This document shows, piece by piece, positions 9,912-18,970 of a stretch of 64,000 nt of DNA (position 1 is its first letter; each line of letters begins with the position of its first letter). The translations under genes were made by a program, and so were the position numbers. The notes under the pieces were generated by a model. It did no database searches, had not been told where the DNA came from, and worked only from the letters and a program-made list of their open reading frames with translations. Source of the DNA: an uncultured Gemmataceae bacterium (GTDB lineage: Bacteria > Planctomycetota > Planctomycetia > Gemmatales > Gemmataceae); assembly GCA_963750165.1 (NCBI GenBank), contig CAVVPN010000004.1, positions 1,024,001 to 1,088,000 on the forward strand. Reading direction: 5' to 3'.

Positions 9912-9929
9912 GCTGCGGGGACCATTGCC

Positions 9930-10535
9930 ATGGACTGCCGTTACTGTGGGGAATACCTGGCCGGCGACCCGGACAAGATCGGCGCCCGCTGCCCGCGCTG
10001 CCGCGAACCGCTCTACGAAAAGCCCGAGCCGGCGCGGCTGCAAAAGGAGGCGACCCGGGCCAACGGCGGCACCTGCGCCACGCACCCACGCAGCCCCGCC
10101 GCGGCCAACTGCCAGCGCTGCGGCGCCGCCGTCTGCCCGGTGTGCCGGTCGCGCTGGCTGGAAGAGGTCGTCTGCACCGCCTGTCTGGAAAAAGCGCTCG
10201 CGGTCAAGCACCTGCGGCCGGAGGAGGCAGTCGCCCACCGCCGGCAGGCGCTGCTGGGCATCGGCCTGGGGGGGGCGGCGTGGGGAGTGGTGCTGCTCGC
10301 GGGCGTTCCGCTGCTGGGGCTGCGCGGCCACGAGGGCGACACAGGGCTGGCGATCACCGCAGGCGTGCTTGCGCTGCTCAGTCTGCTGCCGGCGCTGTTC
10401 GGGCTGGGCCTGTCCGCGGCGGCGGTGCGCGTGCGCGGCGACTGGCTGCGGTTGGCGACGGTCGCGCTGTGCGTGTGCGGCGTCCATCTGGGGGCGGTGC
10501 TGGGGCTGCTGCTGTTCGCGGTGTGGAACCGGTGA
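9930..10535 (+). CDS. Zinc-finger (B-box-like) membrane protein
   Basis: CRYC, CPRC, CATH...CQRC...CPVC...CTAC, then TM helices. Confidence 0.75.
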   Translation: MDCRYCGEYLAGDPDKIGARCPRCREPLYEKPEPARLQKEATRANGGTCATHPRSPAAANCQRCGAAVCPVCRSRWLEEVVCTACLEKALAVKHLRPEEAVAHRRQALLGIGLGGAAWGVVLLAGVPLLGLRGHEGDTGLAITAGVLALLSLLPALFGLGLSAAAVRVRGDWLRLATVALCVCGVHLGAVLGLLLFAVWNR

Positions 10536-11374
10536 TGACCCTGGAAACGCTCACCATCGTCGGCGTCGGCCTGATCGGCGGCTCGGTGGGGCTGGCGGCC
10601 CGCCAGCGCCGCGTCGCCCGCCGCGTCATCGGCCTGGGCCTGCGCCGCGACGACCTCGAACGCGCCCGCCGGCAGGGCGTCATCGACGAGGTGTCGCTGG
10701 ACCTGAGCGCCGCTGTCCGCGCCGCCGACCTGGTGATCTTCTGCACCCCCGTCGATCAGCTGGTGGATCAGATCGTGGCCGCGGCGCCGCACTGCCCCGC
10801 GCACGCCGTGCTGACCGACGTGGGCAGCACCAAGGCGGTGATCGTGCGCGGCGTCGAGGAGCGGCTGCCGGCGGCGGCCTTCGTCGGCAGTCATCCGCTG
10901 GCCGGCTCCGAGAAGCAGGGGGCTGACCACGCGACGCCGCACCTGTTCTCCAACCGCGTCACGGTCGTGACACCGACGCCGCGAACCCCGGATGCGGCGC
11001 TGGAGCGTGTCAGCGCCTTCTGGGCGGCGCTGGGGGCGCGTGTGCAGCGGCTCAGTCCCGAGGACCACGACGAGGCGCTGGCACTGACGAGCCATCTGCC
11101 GCACCTGCTGGCGTCAGCGCTGGCGGGCCTGCTACCGCCGCCCCTTCACGATCTGACCGCGCTGGGCTTCCGCGACACGACGCGCATCGCCGCCGGCGAC
11201 CCGGCGCTGTGGACCGCCATTTTCACGCAGAACCGGCCCGCGCTGCTGCGGGCGCTGGCGCTGTTGCGCGACCGCCTGGACGGCATCGAGGTCGCTCTGC
11301 AGAAGAACCATCCGCCCGTTGTCCATGCCTGGCTGGAGCAAGCCAAGAAGGTGCGAGATGCTCTGGGAAGTTGA
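10535..11374 (+). CDS. tyrA: Prephenate dehydrogenase
   Basis: IVGVGLIGGS, TDVGSTK, GSHPLAGSEK, HD...TSHLPH, GFRDTTRIA; TGATG coupling with upstream gene. Confidence 0.93.
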   Translation: MTLETLTIVGVGLIGGSVGLAARQRRVARRVIGLGLRRDDLERARRQGVIDEVSLDLSAAVRAADLVIFCTPVDQLVDQIVAAAPHCPAHAVLTDVGSTKAVIVRGVEERLPAAAFVGSHPLAGSEKQGADHATPHLFSNRVTVVTPTPRTPDAALERVSAFWAALGARVQRLSPEDHDEALALTSHLPHLLASALAGLLPPPLHDLTALGFRDTTRIAAGDPALWTAIFTQNRPALLRALALLRDRLDGIEVALQKNHPPVVHAWLEQAKKVRDALGS

Positions 11375-14357
11375 GATCGAGCAGAAGGGCGGCGCCGACG
11401 CTGAGGCCGCTCGTGTTCGCGCCGAGGTGGCGCTGCTGGCGGCCGACCCCGCGGCGGCGCACTTCGCGGTGCGCGCCGCCCGCGGCTACCTGCTGGAGGG
11501 ACTGCTGCAGCGTGACGACGCGGAGCGGCTGTTGCAGGAATTGCTGGTCGATCCGCTGGTGGAGACCGGCCGCCTCCTGGGCCGCGATGAGCCGCCGCGG
11601 TCGGGGCAGAAGACGGTGCTGCTCAAGCCCGGCGTGATGGACCCGGCAGCGCAGAGCGTGCTGGCCGCGGCCGTGGACCTTGGCGTTCACCTGGAGGCCG
11701 TGCGCACCTTCCGCCGCTACTTCGTCGAGGGGCCGCACTCAGCGGATTTGCTGCGACGTGTGTTGGCCAACGACGCCATCGAGCAGGTGATTGACAGCCC
11801 GCTGTCACCGGAGCACCTGGCGCTGGGCCAGACGTACCGCTTCCAGAAAATCGCCGTGCCGCTGCGCGACCTCGACGACGCGGCGCTGCAAAAGCTCAGC
11901 CGTGACAGCCTGCTGTCACTCGACCTGGCCGAGATGCGGGCGATCCAGCAGCACTTCCGCGAACTGCAGCGCGACCCGACGGACGTGGAACTGGAGACGC
12001 TGGCGCAAACGTGGTCGGAGCACTGCTCGCACAAGACGCTCAAGGGCACCATTGACTTCAACGGCCGGCTCATCAAGAACCTGCTCAAGGAGACGATTTT
12101 CGGTGCGACCCAGGAAATCCGCCGCCGGCTGGGCACGGACGACTGGTGCGTCAGCGTCTTCGAGGACAACGCCGGCGTCGTGCGCTTCGACGAGCGGCAC
12201 AACGTCTGTTTCAAGGTAGAAACACATAATCACCCGTCGGCGATTGAGCCGTACGGCGGCGCCAACACGGGGCTGGGCGGCGTCATCCGCGACCCGCTCG
12301 GCACCGGCCTGGGCGCGAAGCCGGTGTGCAACACGGACGTGTTCTGCTTCGCGCCGCCAGAACGTGGGGTGGCTCGTGGGACGGCTCGTGGGACGGCTCG
12401 TGGGACGGCTCTCCAGAGCCGTCTGCCCGGAGACGGCTCTGGAGAGCCGTCCCACGAGCCGTCCTACGAGCCGTCCCACGAGCCGTCCTGCGAGCCACTG
12501 CTGCCGGGAGTGCTGCACCCGCAAAAGGTGATGCGCGGCGTCGTCGCCGGGGTGCGCGACTACGGCAACCGCATGGGCATTCCGACGGTCAACGGCGCCG
12601 TCTGCTTCGACGAGCGCTACCTGGGCAACCCGTTGGTCTACTGCGGCACCGTCGGCGTGTTGCCGGTGGACCGCTGCCAGAAGGCGGCGCAGCCGGGCGA
12701 CCTGATTGTGGCGGTCGGCGGCCGCACCGGGCGCGACGGCATCCACGGGGCGACGTTTTCCTCAGTCGAGCTGACCTCGGAGTCGGAGAAGGTCAGCGGC
12801 GGGGCGGTGCAGATCGGCAACGCGATCACCGAGAAAAAGCTGCTCGACGTGCTGCTGCAGGCGCGCGACCGCGGGCTGTATCACGCCATCACGGACTGCG
12901 GCGCCGGCGGCTTCAGCAGCGCGGTTGGCGAGATGGGCGAGAAGCTCGGGGCGGTCGTGCATCTGGAGAAGGCGCCGCTGAAGTACGAGGGGCTGTCGTA
13001 CACGGAAATCTGGATCAGCGAGGCGCAGGAGCGCATGATCCTGGCGGTGCCGCCGGGAGACTGGGAAGCGCTGCGGGCGCTGTGCGCCAGCGAGGACGTG
13101 GAGGCGGTCGCCATCGGCAGCTTTGAGGCGACGGGCCGGTTGCAGCTGTTCTACCAGGGCGAGCCGGTCGCGAATCTGGACATGCACTTCCTGCACGGCG
13201 GCCGGCCGGAGGTGGTGCGCCGCGCCACCTGGACTGCGCCGCCCGCTGCCGCGATACCGACGCCGAAATCGAGCAACTGCACCGAGGATTTGCTGAAGAT
13301 TCTCGGCGCGTACAACGTCTGCAGCAAGGAATGGATCATCCGCCAGTACGACCACGAGGTGCAGGGCGGCACGGTGCTGCGGCCGCTGGTCGGCGCGCAA
13401 GACGACGGCCCCGGCGACGCGGCGGTGCTGACGCCGGTGCTCGGCTCATGGGTGGGGCTGGCGGTCGGCTGCGGCATCAACCCGCGCTACGGCGACCGGG
13501 ACCCGTACGCGATGGCCGCCGCGGTCATTGATGAGGCGGTGCGCAACGTGGTGGCGGTCGGCGCGGACCCGGCGCGGATTGCACTGCTGGACAATTTCTG
13601 CTGGGGCAACACCAACCGGCCGGAGGTATTGGGCTCACTGGTGCGGGCGGCGGAGGCGTGCCGCGACGTGGCGCTGGCCTACGGCATGCCGTTCATCAGC
13701 GGCAAGGACAGCCTGAACAACGAATTCCACGCCGCGGGCCGGCACATCGTCATTCCGCCGACGCTGCTCATCAGCGCCCTGGGCCGCGTGCCGGACGTGC
13801 GCCGCTGCGTCAGCATGGACCTGAAGGAACCCGGCAACGCCCTGCTGCTGCTCGGCGTGACGCGCGACGAACTGGGCGGCTCGCACTATCACCTGATCCA
13901 CGGCCACGAGGGCGGACGGGTGCCGCAGGTGGATGTGCAGCTGGCGCCGCGGATTTTCCGCGGATTGCATCAGGCGCTGCAGCGCGGCCTGGTGCGGGCG
14001 TGCCACGATTTAAGCGAGGGCGGATTGGCGGTGGCGGTCGCGGAGATGGCGTTCGCCGGCGGCGTCGGCGCGGACGTGACCGGGCTGCGCGAACCAGCGC
14101 TGCATGGGCAGGCGGCGCCGGAACTGGCGGACGAGGTGCTGCTGTTCTCCGAGTCGGCGACGCGGTTCGTGCTGGAGGTGCGGCTGGCGGACGTGGCGGC
14201 GCTGGCGGCGTGCTTTGCCGCGGCAGTGCCGCTGTGGCGGATCGGGCAGACGGTCAAGGAGCCGCGGCTGCGGATCGCGGGCGGCGGCGGCGAGTGGCTG
14301 GTGTGGGCGCAACTGGCGGATTTGAAGGAGGCGTGGCAGAAGCCGCTGCGGTGGTGA
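11358..14357 (+). CDS. purL: Phosphoribosylformylglycinamidine synthase subunit PurL (PurS-like N-terminus)
   Basis: AQTWSEHCSHK, ETHNHPSAIEPYGGA, TGRDGIHGA, DCGAGG, SEAQERM, SGKDSL, HDLSEGG. Confidence 0.96.
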   Translation: MLWEVEIEQKGGADAEAARVRAEVALLAADPAAAHFAVRAARGYLLEGLLQRDDAERLLQELLVDPLVETGRLLGRDEPPRSGQKTVLLKPGVMDPAAQSVLAAAVDLGVHLEAVRTFRRYFVEGPHSADLLRRVLANDAIEQVIDSPLSPEHLALGQTYRFQKIAVPLRDLDDAALQKLSRDSLLSLDLAEMRAIQQHFRELQRDPTDVELETLAQTWSEHCSHKTLKGTIDFNGRLIKNLLKETIFGATQEIRRRLGTDDWCVSVFEDNAGVVRFDERHNVCFKVETHNHPSAIEPYGGANTGLGGVIRDPLGTGLGAKPVCNTDVFCFAPPERGVARGTARGTARGTALQSRLPGDGSGEPSHEPSYEPSHEPSCEPLLPGVLHPQKVMRGVVAGVRDYGNRMGIPTVNGAVCFDERYLGNPLVYCGTVGVLPVDRCQKAAQPGDLIVAVGGRTGRDGIHGATFSSVELTSESEKVSGGAVQIGNAITEKKLLDVLLQARDRGLYHAITDCGAGGFSSAVGEMGEKLGAVVHLEKAPLKYEGLSYTEIWISEAQERMILAVPPGDWEALRALCASEDVEAVAIGSFEATGRLQLFYQGEPVANLDMHFLHGGRPEVVRRATWTAPPAAAIPTPKSSNCTEDLLKILGAYNVCSKEWIIRQYDHEVQGGTVLRPLVGAQDDGPGDAAVLTPVLGSWVGLAVGCGINPRYGDRDPYAMAAAVIDEAVRNVVAVGADPARIALLDNFCWGNTNRPEVLGSLVRAAEACRDVALAYGMPFISGKDSLNNEFHAAGRHIVIPPTLLISALGRVPDVRRCVSMDLKEPGNALLLLGVTRDELGGSHYHLIHGHEGGRVPQVDVQLAPRIFRGLHQALQRGLVRACHDLSEGGLAVAVAEMAFAGGVGADVTGLREPALHGQAAPELADEVLLFSESATRFVLEVRLADVAALAACFAAAVPLWRIGQTVKEPRLRIAGGGGEWLVWAQLADLKEAWQKPLRW
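12369..12498. repeat. 130-bp palindromic REP-derived insertion inside purL, reading frame preserved
   Basis: (GGCTCGTGGGAC)x3-GGCTCTCCAGAGCCGTCT / AGACGGCTCTGGAGAGCC-(GTCCCACGAGCC)x4; same core as at 1673 and 7229. Confidence 0.9.
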
Positions 14358-14614
14358 ACACCATCCCGACGAAGAAGCACTGACAGGGAAGAAATAATGT
14401 CCGGCCCCCGCGGCCGCCACAGGTATTTTCAGAAAAAAAGCTGGCACTGTCCTATCTTTTGTCTGAATTTCGATTTCTCTAATAGGCAATCGCGCCGCTC
14501 CCGACGAGGGTCTGCGCGACCGGCTTCCCGCAGTGCAGGCAGTATCCGCGCCCTGCCGCCCCGCGGGTGCAACGCCTTTCTACCGCAACGAAATCCTGCA
14601 CCCGAGGTGGAACC

Positions 14615-15485
14615 ATGAACGAAAGTGAAGCGAAAACCGCCGCAGAGACGGCTGTCCACGGGCGTTGGCCAACCTTGGTAGACGTCCGGGCCGAGACCTG
14701 CGTTCGTGAGTTCTTCGACGGCTGGCTCGTCGTCGTGACAGCCGTGGACAGCGGCGCCGCGACTGAGCGGTTGGCATACCTCGGCCCCGAGGACGAGCGC
14801 CGCACCTTCTTGAACTGCAAGGAGATGGCGACGGCGCTGAGCGGCAAGCGGTTGCCCGGTTCGCCGTTCGAGGTGCTCGGCAGCGCGGCGAACTGGTACG
14901 GCCGCTTGCTGGAGAACCTGGCGAACCTCCTGCGCGGCCTCAAGGGCTGGCAACTGGTGTTCGGCATCGTGATCTGCGCCACCTTCGGCGGTCTGGGGCT
15001 GTTGCTCGTGACGGCGGCCTTGCGCGGGCGAACCAGGCGGCGGCCTCAGCTCCACCGACGCTTTCATCATCTGTATGGTGGCGGGCATCGGCGTCACCGC
15101 CGTGTGCTACATCTTCTCCGCCTACCTGGAGCACGCGGTGCGCTTCGAGAAGCTCATGAAAAAGGCGGAGCGGCAACTCATCAACGGCATCGGCCTGGAC
15201 CCGACGCTGCGAGCCCGCCTGCACACCTACACCATCGTGTGCAAACTGCTGGAGGACGAAACCGATGAGTGGATCGAGAAGTTTCACGCCAACCGGCCGA
15301 AGCGGAAAACCGGCGTGCTGGACCTCAACGAGCTACACGGTTATTTCACCCTGCGCTTCGTGCTGCAGGAGGCCAAGCGGGGCGGTCTGATTTCTCGCTA
15401 CGCCCCCCGCGAAGACGCCGCCACCGTGTTGCAGGCGGTCCAGGATCTGTACGACCTGCTCGACCGCATCCCGGTACGATCCTGA
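14615..15485 (+). CDS. Hypothetical 2-TM membrane protein (frameshift ~15027)
   Basis: ATG with GAGGTGG RBS; ORFs 14567 and 15075 join as ...LLLVTAALR-GEPGGGLSSTDAFIICMVAG... Confidence 0.55.
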
Positions 15486-15511
15486 GCGCGAACCTGCGAG
15501 GAAGAGTTCCC

Positions 15512-17311
15512 ATGACCGAGAGCATTCTGACGCGGATCGCCCAGGCCCATCAGCTGGTGCGGGACCGGGGGCTGGATTCCCCGGAACTGGCCGCCTTGCT
15601 GGCAGAGAACCGGGACCATCCGGAGTTCCTGGCGCTGAAGGCCGTCGTGGAACTGGAGAAGAACAAGCGGACAACGCCGCCGCCGCCCAAACCCTCCCCG
15701 GACAGCAAGCGCCTGGTGCGCGCCCTGGCCGCCGCCCTGGTGCTCCTGGTAATCCTCGTCGGCGGAGCGCTGTGGTTGGCCTGCACTGCCTTGAGCAACA
15801 ATGCCCTGGAGAAGAAGGCTCACGCCGCGGCGGAGGCCCAGCGCCGGGCCGAAAAAGAACGGGCGGACGCGGAGGCCGCCCAGCGCCGGGCCGAAAAAGA
15901 ACGGGCGGACGCAGAGCACAACAAGCGGGAGGCGTTGACCCGGTACGTGCTGGTTTTCGCCACCAATCCCGCGGTGGCCCGCCTGACCCGGGAGTTGCAG
16001 GACTGGAAAGACGACGGCGGCAGAGACATCCGGAGTCTCACCTTCACCCTCACGGCGGACGACAAGCAGTTGATTGACGTGCTCCCCGATCTGCTCGAAC
16101 CGCTGACGGACGCCTTTATCAAGATGCTCCAGAAGGAGGAGCCGGCCGCGCAGATGACGGCGGCCTACGCCCTGCGGTCGCTGAAGTTGAGTGCGGACCA
16201 GCAGCGGCAGGCTCTGCCGCGGTTGGCCGCCCTCCTGAACAGCCCCCGCGTGGACGTCCGCCGCGCCGCCTACGTCGCCCTGGGCAACATCGGCAAGACG
16301 GCGGTTCCGGAGGTCGTCAAGGTCTGGGACACCGGCCAGCGCAAGTCCGACGCGATTTTCACCCTGGGCCTCATCGGACAAAAGGAGGGGGCGCTGGACG
16401 ACCGCTACATTCAGCGCATCGTCGAGACGTTGGCGGAACAACAGGCCGACGCGCCGGCCCAGCGTTTGGCCGCCGCCTACGCGCTCAGCAAGATTGACCT
16501 GAGCGACTTGACCCGAGGGGGGCGGGGGAAGAATCTTCAAGTGTTGCTCGTCAACCTGCTGAAGGATCAGAGCCTCGACCCGCCGCTGCGGGACGAATGC
16601 GTGGAAGTGCTGGGGCGGGTCGGCGGCAACAGCCAGGACGCCTTTGAAATCCTCCTGGGGTTCATGCTGGGCAAGGATGCGACGACCTCCAGGCGGGCGG
16701 CGGCGGCCCTGGGGGAACTCGGGGGCAACACGACGGCGAAGGACCTGCGCGACCAGTTCCGGGCCCGGTTGCTGATGTTCCTAAAACCGGAGGAGAAGCC
16801 GAAAACCTCCAACAACGTCCGGGCCAACGCCATCGTCGCGCTGGCAGGCATGCCCGCCGGCGACGAGGAGGTGGTCAAAATCCTGACCACCCTGCTGAAG
16901 AACAACAAGGATTTCGCCGTCCGCGCCGCCGTCCAGGGCTACTTCAAGAAAGCAGCCGAGGATCCGGACCGGGCGGAGAAACTCCTGGGCGTCAATGGCT
17001 TCCTCACCGCCGACAAGAAGAAGATGGTCAACAACCGTTATTGCGTTTACTTCCCCGTCAAGATGGCGGTGGGCCACGTTTACCGGATTGACCTGAACAG
17101 CAAGGCCTTTGACGCCTACCTGTATTTGGAGAAGGAAGAGGGGGGCGCGATCCTGGAACGGGACGACGACTCGGGGGGAGGCCTCAACGCCAGGATCTAC
17201 TACTCGCCGCCGGAGAACGGGACGTATTACCTCCGCGCCACGACCTTTTCAGCCGGCGAAACCGGGAGCTACGACCTGACGGTGTGGGAGATTCCCAAGA
17301 AACCTCGGTGA
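15512..17311 (+). CDS. Membrane-anchored HEAT-repeat protein with C-terminal PPC-like domain
   Basis: TM helix, duplicated AEAQRRAEKERAD coiled coil, VRRAAYVALGNIG HEAT units, FDAYLYL...DDDSGGGLNARI...GTYYLRATT...GSYDL. Confidence 0.75.
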   Translation: MTESILTRIAQAHQLVRDRGLDSPELAALLAENRDHPEFLALKAVVELEKNKRTTPPPPKPSPDSKRLVRALAAALVLLVILVGGALWLACTALSNNALEKKAHAAAEAQRRAEKERADAEAAQRRAEKERADAEHNKREALTRYVLVFATNPAVARLTRELQDWKDDGGRDIRSLTFTLTADDKQLIDVLPDLLEPLTDAFIKMLQKEEPAAQMTAAYALRSLKLSADQQRQALPRLAALLNSPRVDVRRAAYVALGNIGKTAVPEVVKVWDTGQRKSDAIFTLGLIGQKEGALDDRYIQRIVETLAEQQADAPAQRLAAAYALSKIDLSDLTRGGRGKNLQVLLVNLLKDQSLDPPLRDECVEVLGRVGGNSQDAFEILLGFMLGKDATTSRRAAAALGELGGNTTAKDLRDQFRARLLMFLKPEEKPKTSNNVRANAIVALAGMPAGDEEVVKILTTLLKNNKDFAVRAAVQGYFKKAAEDPDRAEKLLGVNGFLTADKKKMVNNRYCVYFPVKMAVGHVYRIDLNSKAFDAYLYLEKEEGGAILERDDDSGGGLNARIYYSPPENGTYYLRATTFSAGETGSYDLTVWEIPKKPR

Positions 17312-17971
17312 CGCCCAGGCGGGCTGTTAAGGGAGAAAAGGGGCCGCAGCTGCTGCCCTGAAAATGAATTCTAGGGAGGGACACAAACTCCCCCTCCCCA
17401 ACGGGCACGTGGGTTCGCGGAGCGACCGAGGGCGGACAAGACATCAGGGGCCCCGGCGCGACAGACCTCAAAGGGTAGAACAAGCTGCCCTGCGTGCTCC
17501 CCGCGGGTGCGGGGGCGACCAATTCGGGTTCGAGACGAGGTCGTGGGCCAGACTCTGGAGCGGGCTCATGGCACCATGCAGAAAGCGGCCTCAAGTCGCA
17601 CCGGAGAGCCCCCGGGTAGCGCTGGCCCAACTGCCCGACCCACTGCAGCAGGCCGTCATTCTGCGTTACCTGGCGCCCCGAGTGCGACGGTCGCTGACCT
17701 TTGATGCGTTGCGGATCGCCTCTCCTATCGACGTTGGCAAATCTCTGATTGCTTATCTCCCCAATGGGGCAGGGTCATGGGCTTGTTCGAGCCCCCGTTC
17801 GCAAGCAATGTGTCCGGTGCGCCCGCCTTTACTAGCGGCAGCGCTGACCGTCTGACCGCCGGCTGCGGTGCATCGTGCTGGACGGATTTCTGATCGGTCA
17901 GGGCGAAGTGGAAATCCTTCTTGCTGGTCCCGTACTATTACAATGGAGGCCTCGTTTCGGGGAGGCACGTC

Positions 17972-18892
17972 ATGCACAGTGAAGAGCCTGAACCCGGTGG
18001 ACCTCGGGGACCCCTTGCCGTGCTGCGCAAGGTCATTCCCTACCAGGCGGACGCCGCGAGCGACTGGCTGGGGTGGGTCGGCCTGGACGCGGCACGCTAC
18101 CGGGCGGCGCCCGCCTCGGAACTCCACCCGCCCGCCCTTGCCCAGCACCGTCTCGTCCTGTTTGCCCGGCCGCCGGACGAACTGGAGCTGCGCTACGAAG
18201 GGGTCAAGCGGCACGTGCCGCCCCCCGCGGGAGCGATCTCCGTGGTGCCGGCCGGCAGCCCAGTCCATTGGCGCTGGAGCGGGGGCTTCGACTGGCTTCA
18301 TATCGTACTGGAGCCGAGGCTGGTGGCGCGGGTGGCCGCGGAGGCGTTCGACCTCGACCCGGCGCGGCTGACGGTGCCGCCACTGGACGGCCTGGACCTG
18401 CCGCACCTGCGGGCCGCGATGGCGGCCGTGGACGCCGAGCTGACCGCCGGCGGCGCCGGCGGCCCGCTCGCCGCCGAGTCGCTGGCCAACGTCCTGGCCG
18501 TCCACCTGATCCGCCACGCCCAGGCTCCCCGCCGGCCGGAGCGCCGGCGGGACGGCGCCCTGCCGCGGAGCCGGCTCCGCGCCGTCCTCGAGTTCATCGA
18601 GGAACACCTCGGCGCCGGCCCGACCCTGGAGCAGATCGCGGCGGTGGCCGGCCTGAGCGCCTATCACTTCGCGCGGCAGTTCAAGGCGGCCACGGGCTTG
18701 CCGCCGCACCAGTACGTCATCGCCCGCCGCGTCGAGCGGGCCAGGCACCTCTTGCAAGGCGGGTCGGACCTGTCCCTGGCGGACGTCGCCGCCACCGTTG
18801 GCTTCTTGGACCAGAGCCAGTTCTCCCAGCACTTCAAGCGGATCGTCGGCGTCACGCCGCGGCAGTTCCGGGCGCCCGCAAGAATCGCCTAA
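17972..18892 (+). CDS. AraC family transcriptional regulator
   Basis: LEQIAAVAGLSAYHFARQFKAATGLPP...LADVA...GFLDQSQFSQHFKRIVGVTP. Confidence 0.93.
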   Translation: MHSEEPEPGGPRGPLAVLRKVIPYQADAASDWLGWVGLDAARYRAAPASELHPPALAQHRLVLFARPPDELELRYEGVKRHVPPPAGAISVVPAGSPVHWRWSGGFDWLHIVLEPRLVARVAAEAFDLDPARLTVPPLDGLDLPHLRAAMAAVDAELTAGGAGGPLAAESLANVLAVHLIRHAQAPRRPERRRDGALPRSRLRAVLEFIEEHLGAGPTLEQIAAVAGLSAYHFARQFKAATGLPPHQYVIARRVERARHLLQGGSDLSLADVAATVGFLDQSQFSQHFKRIVGVTPRQFRAPARIA

Positions 18893-18941
18893 TCGCCGCA
18901 AACACCAGCAAGAATCCGGAACCGGCTGCCCCTACCATTCC
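18876..18941 (+). promoter_or_regulatory. Putative AraC-activated promoter, copy 1
   Basis: CCGCAAGAATCGCCTAA...CCGCAA...CAAGAA-N18-TACCAT; repeated at 20296 and 23291. Confidence 0.65.
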
Positions 18942-18970
18942 TCACAGTCGCCGCAAAGGAGGGACGATTC

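Noticed and set aside
12369..12498. Possible CRISPR array or intein in purL
   Set aside because: 12-bp units without spacers, no cas genes, no intein terminal residues.
17500..17560. tRNA candidates at GGTTCGA (also ~52034 and GGTTCAA ~57096)
   Set aside because: No cloverleaf or acceptor stem could be formed by eye.
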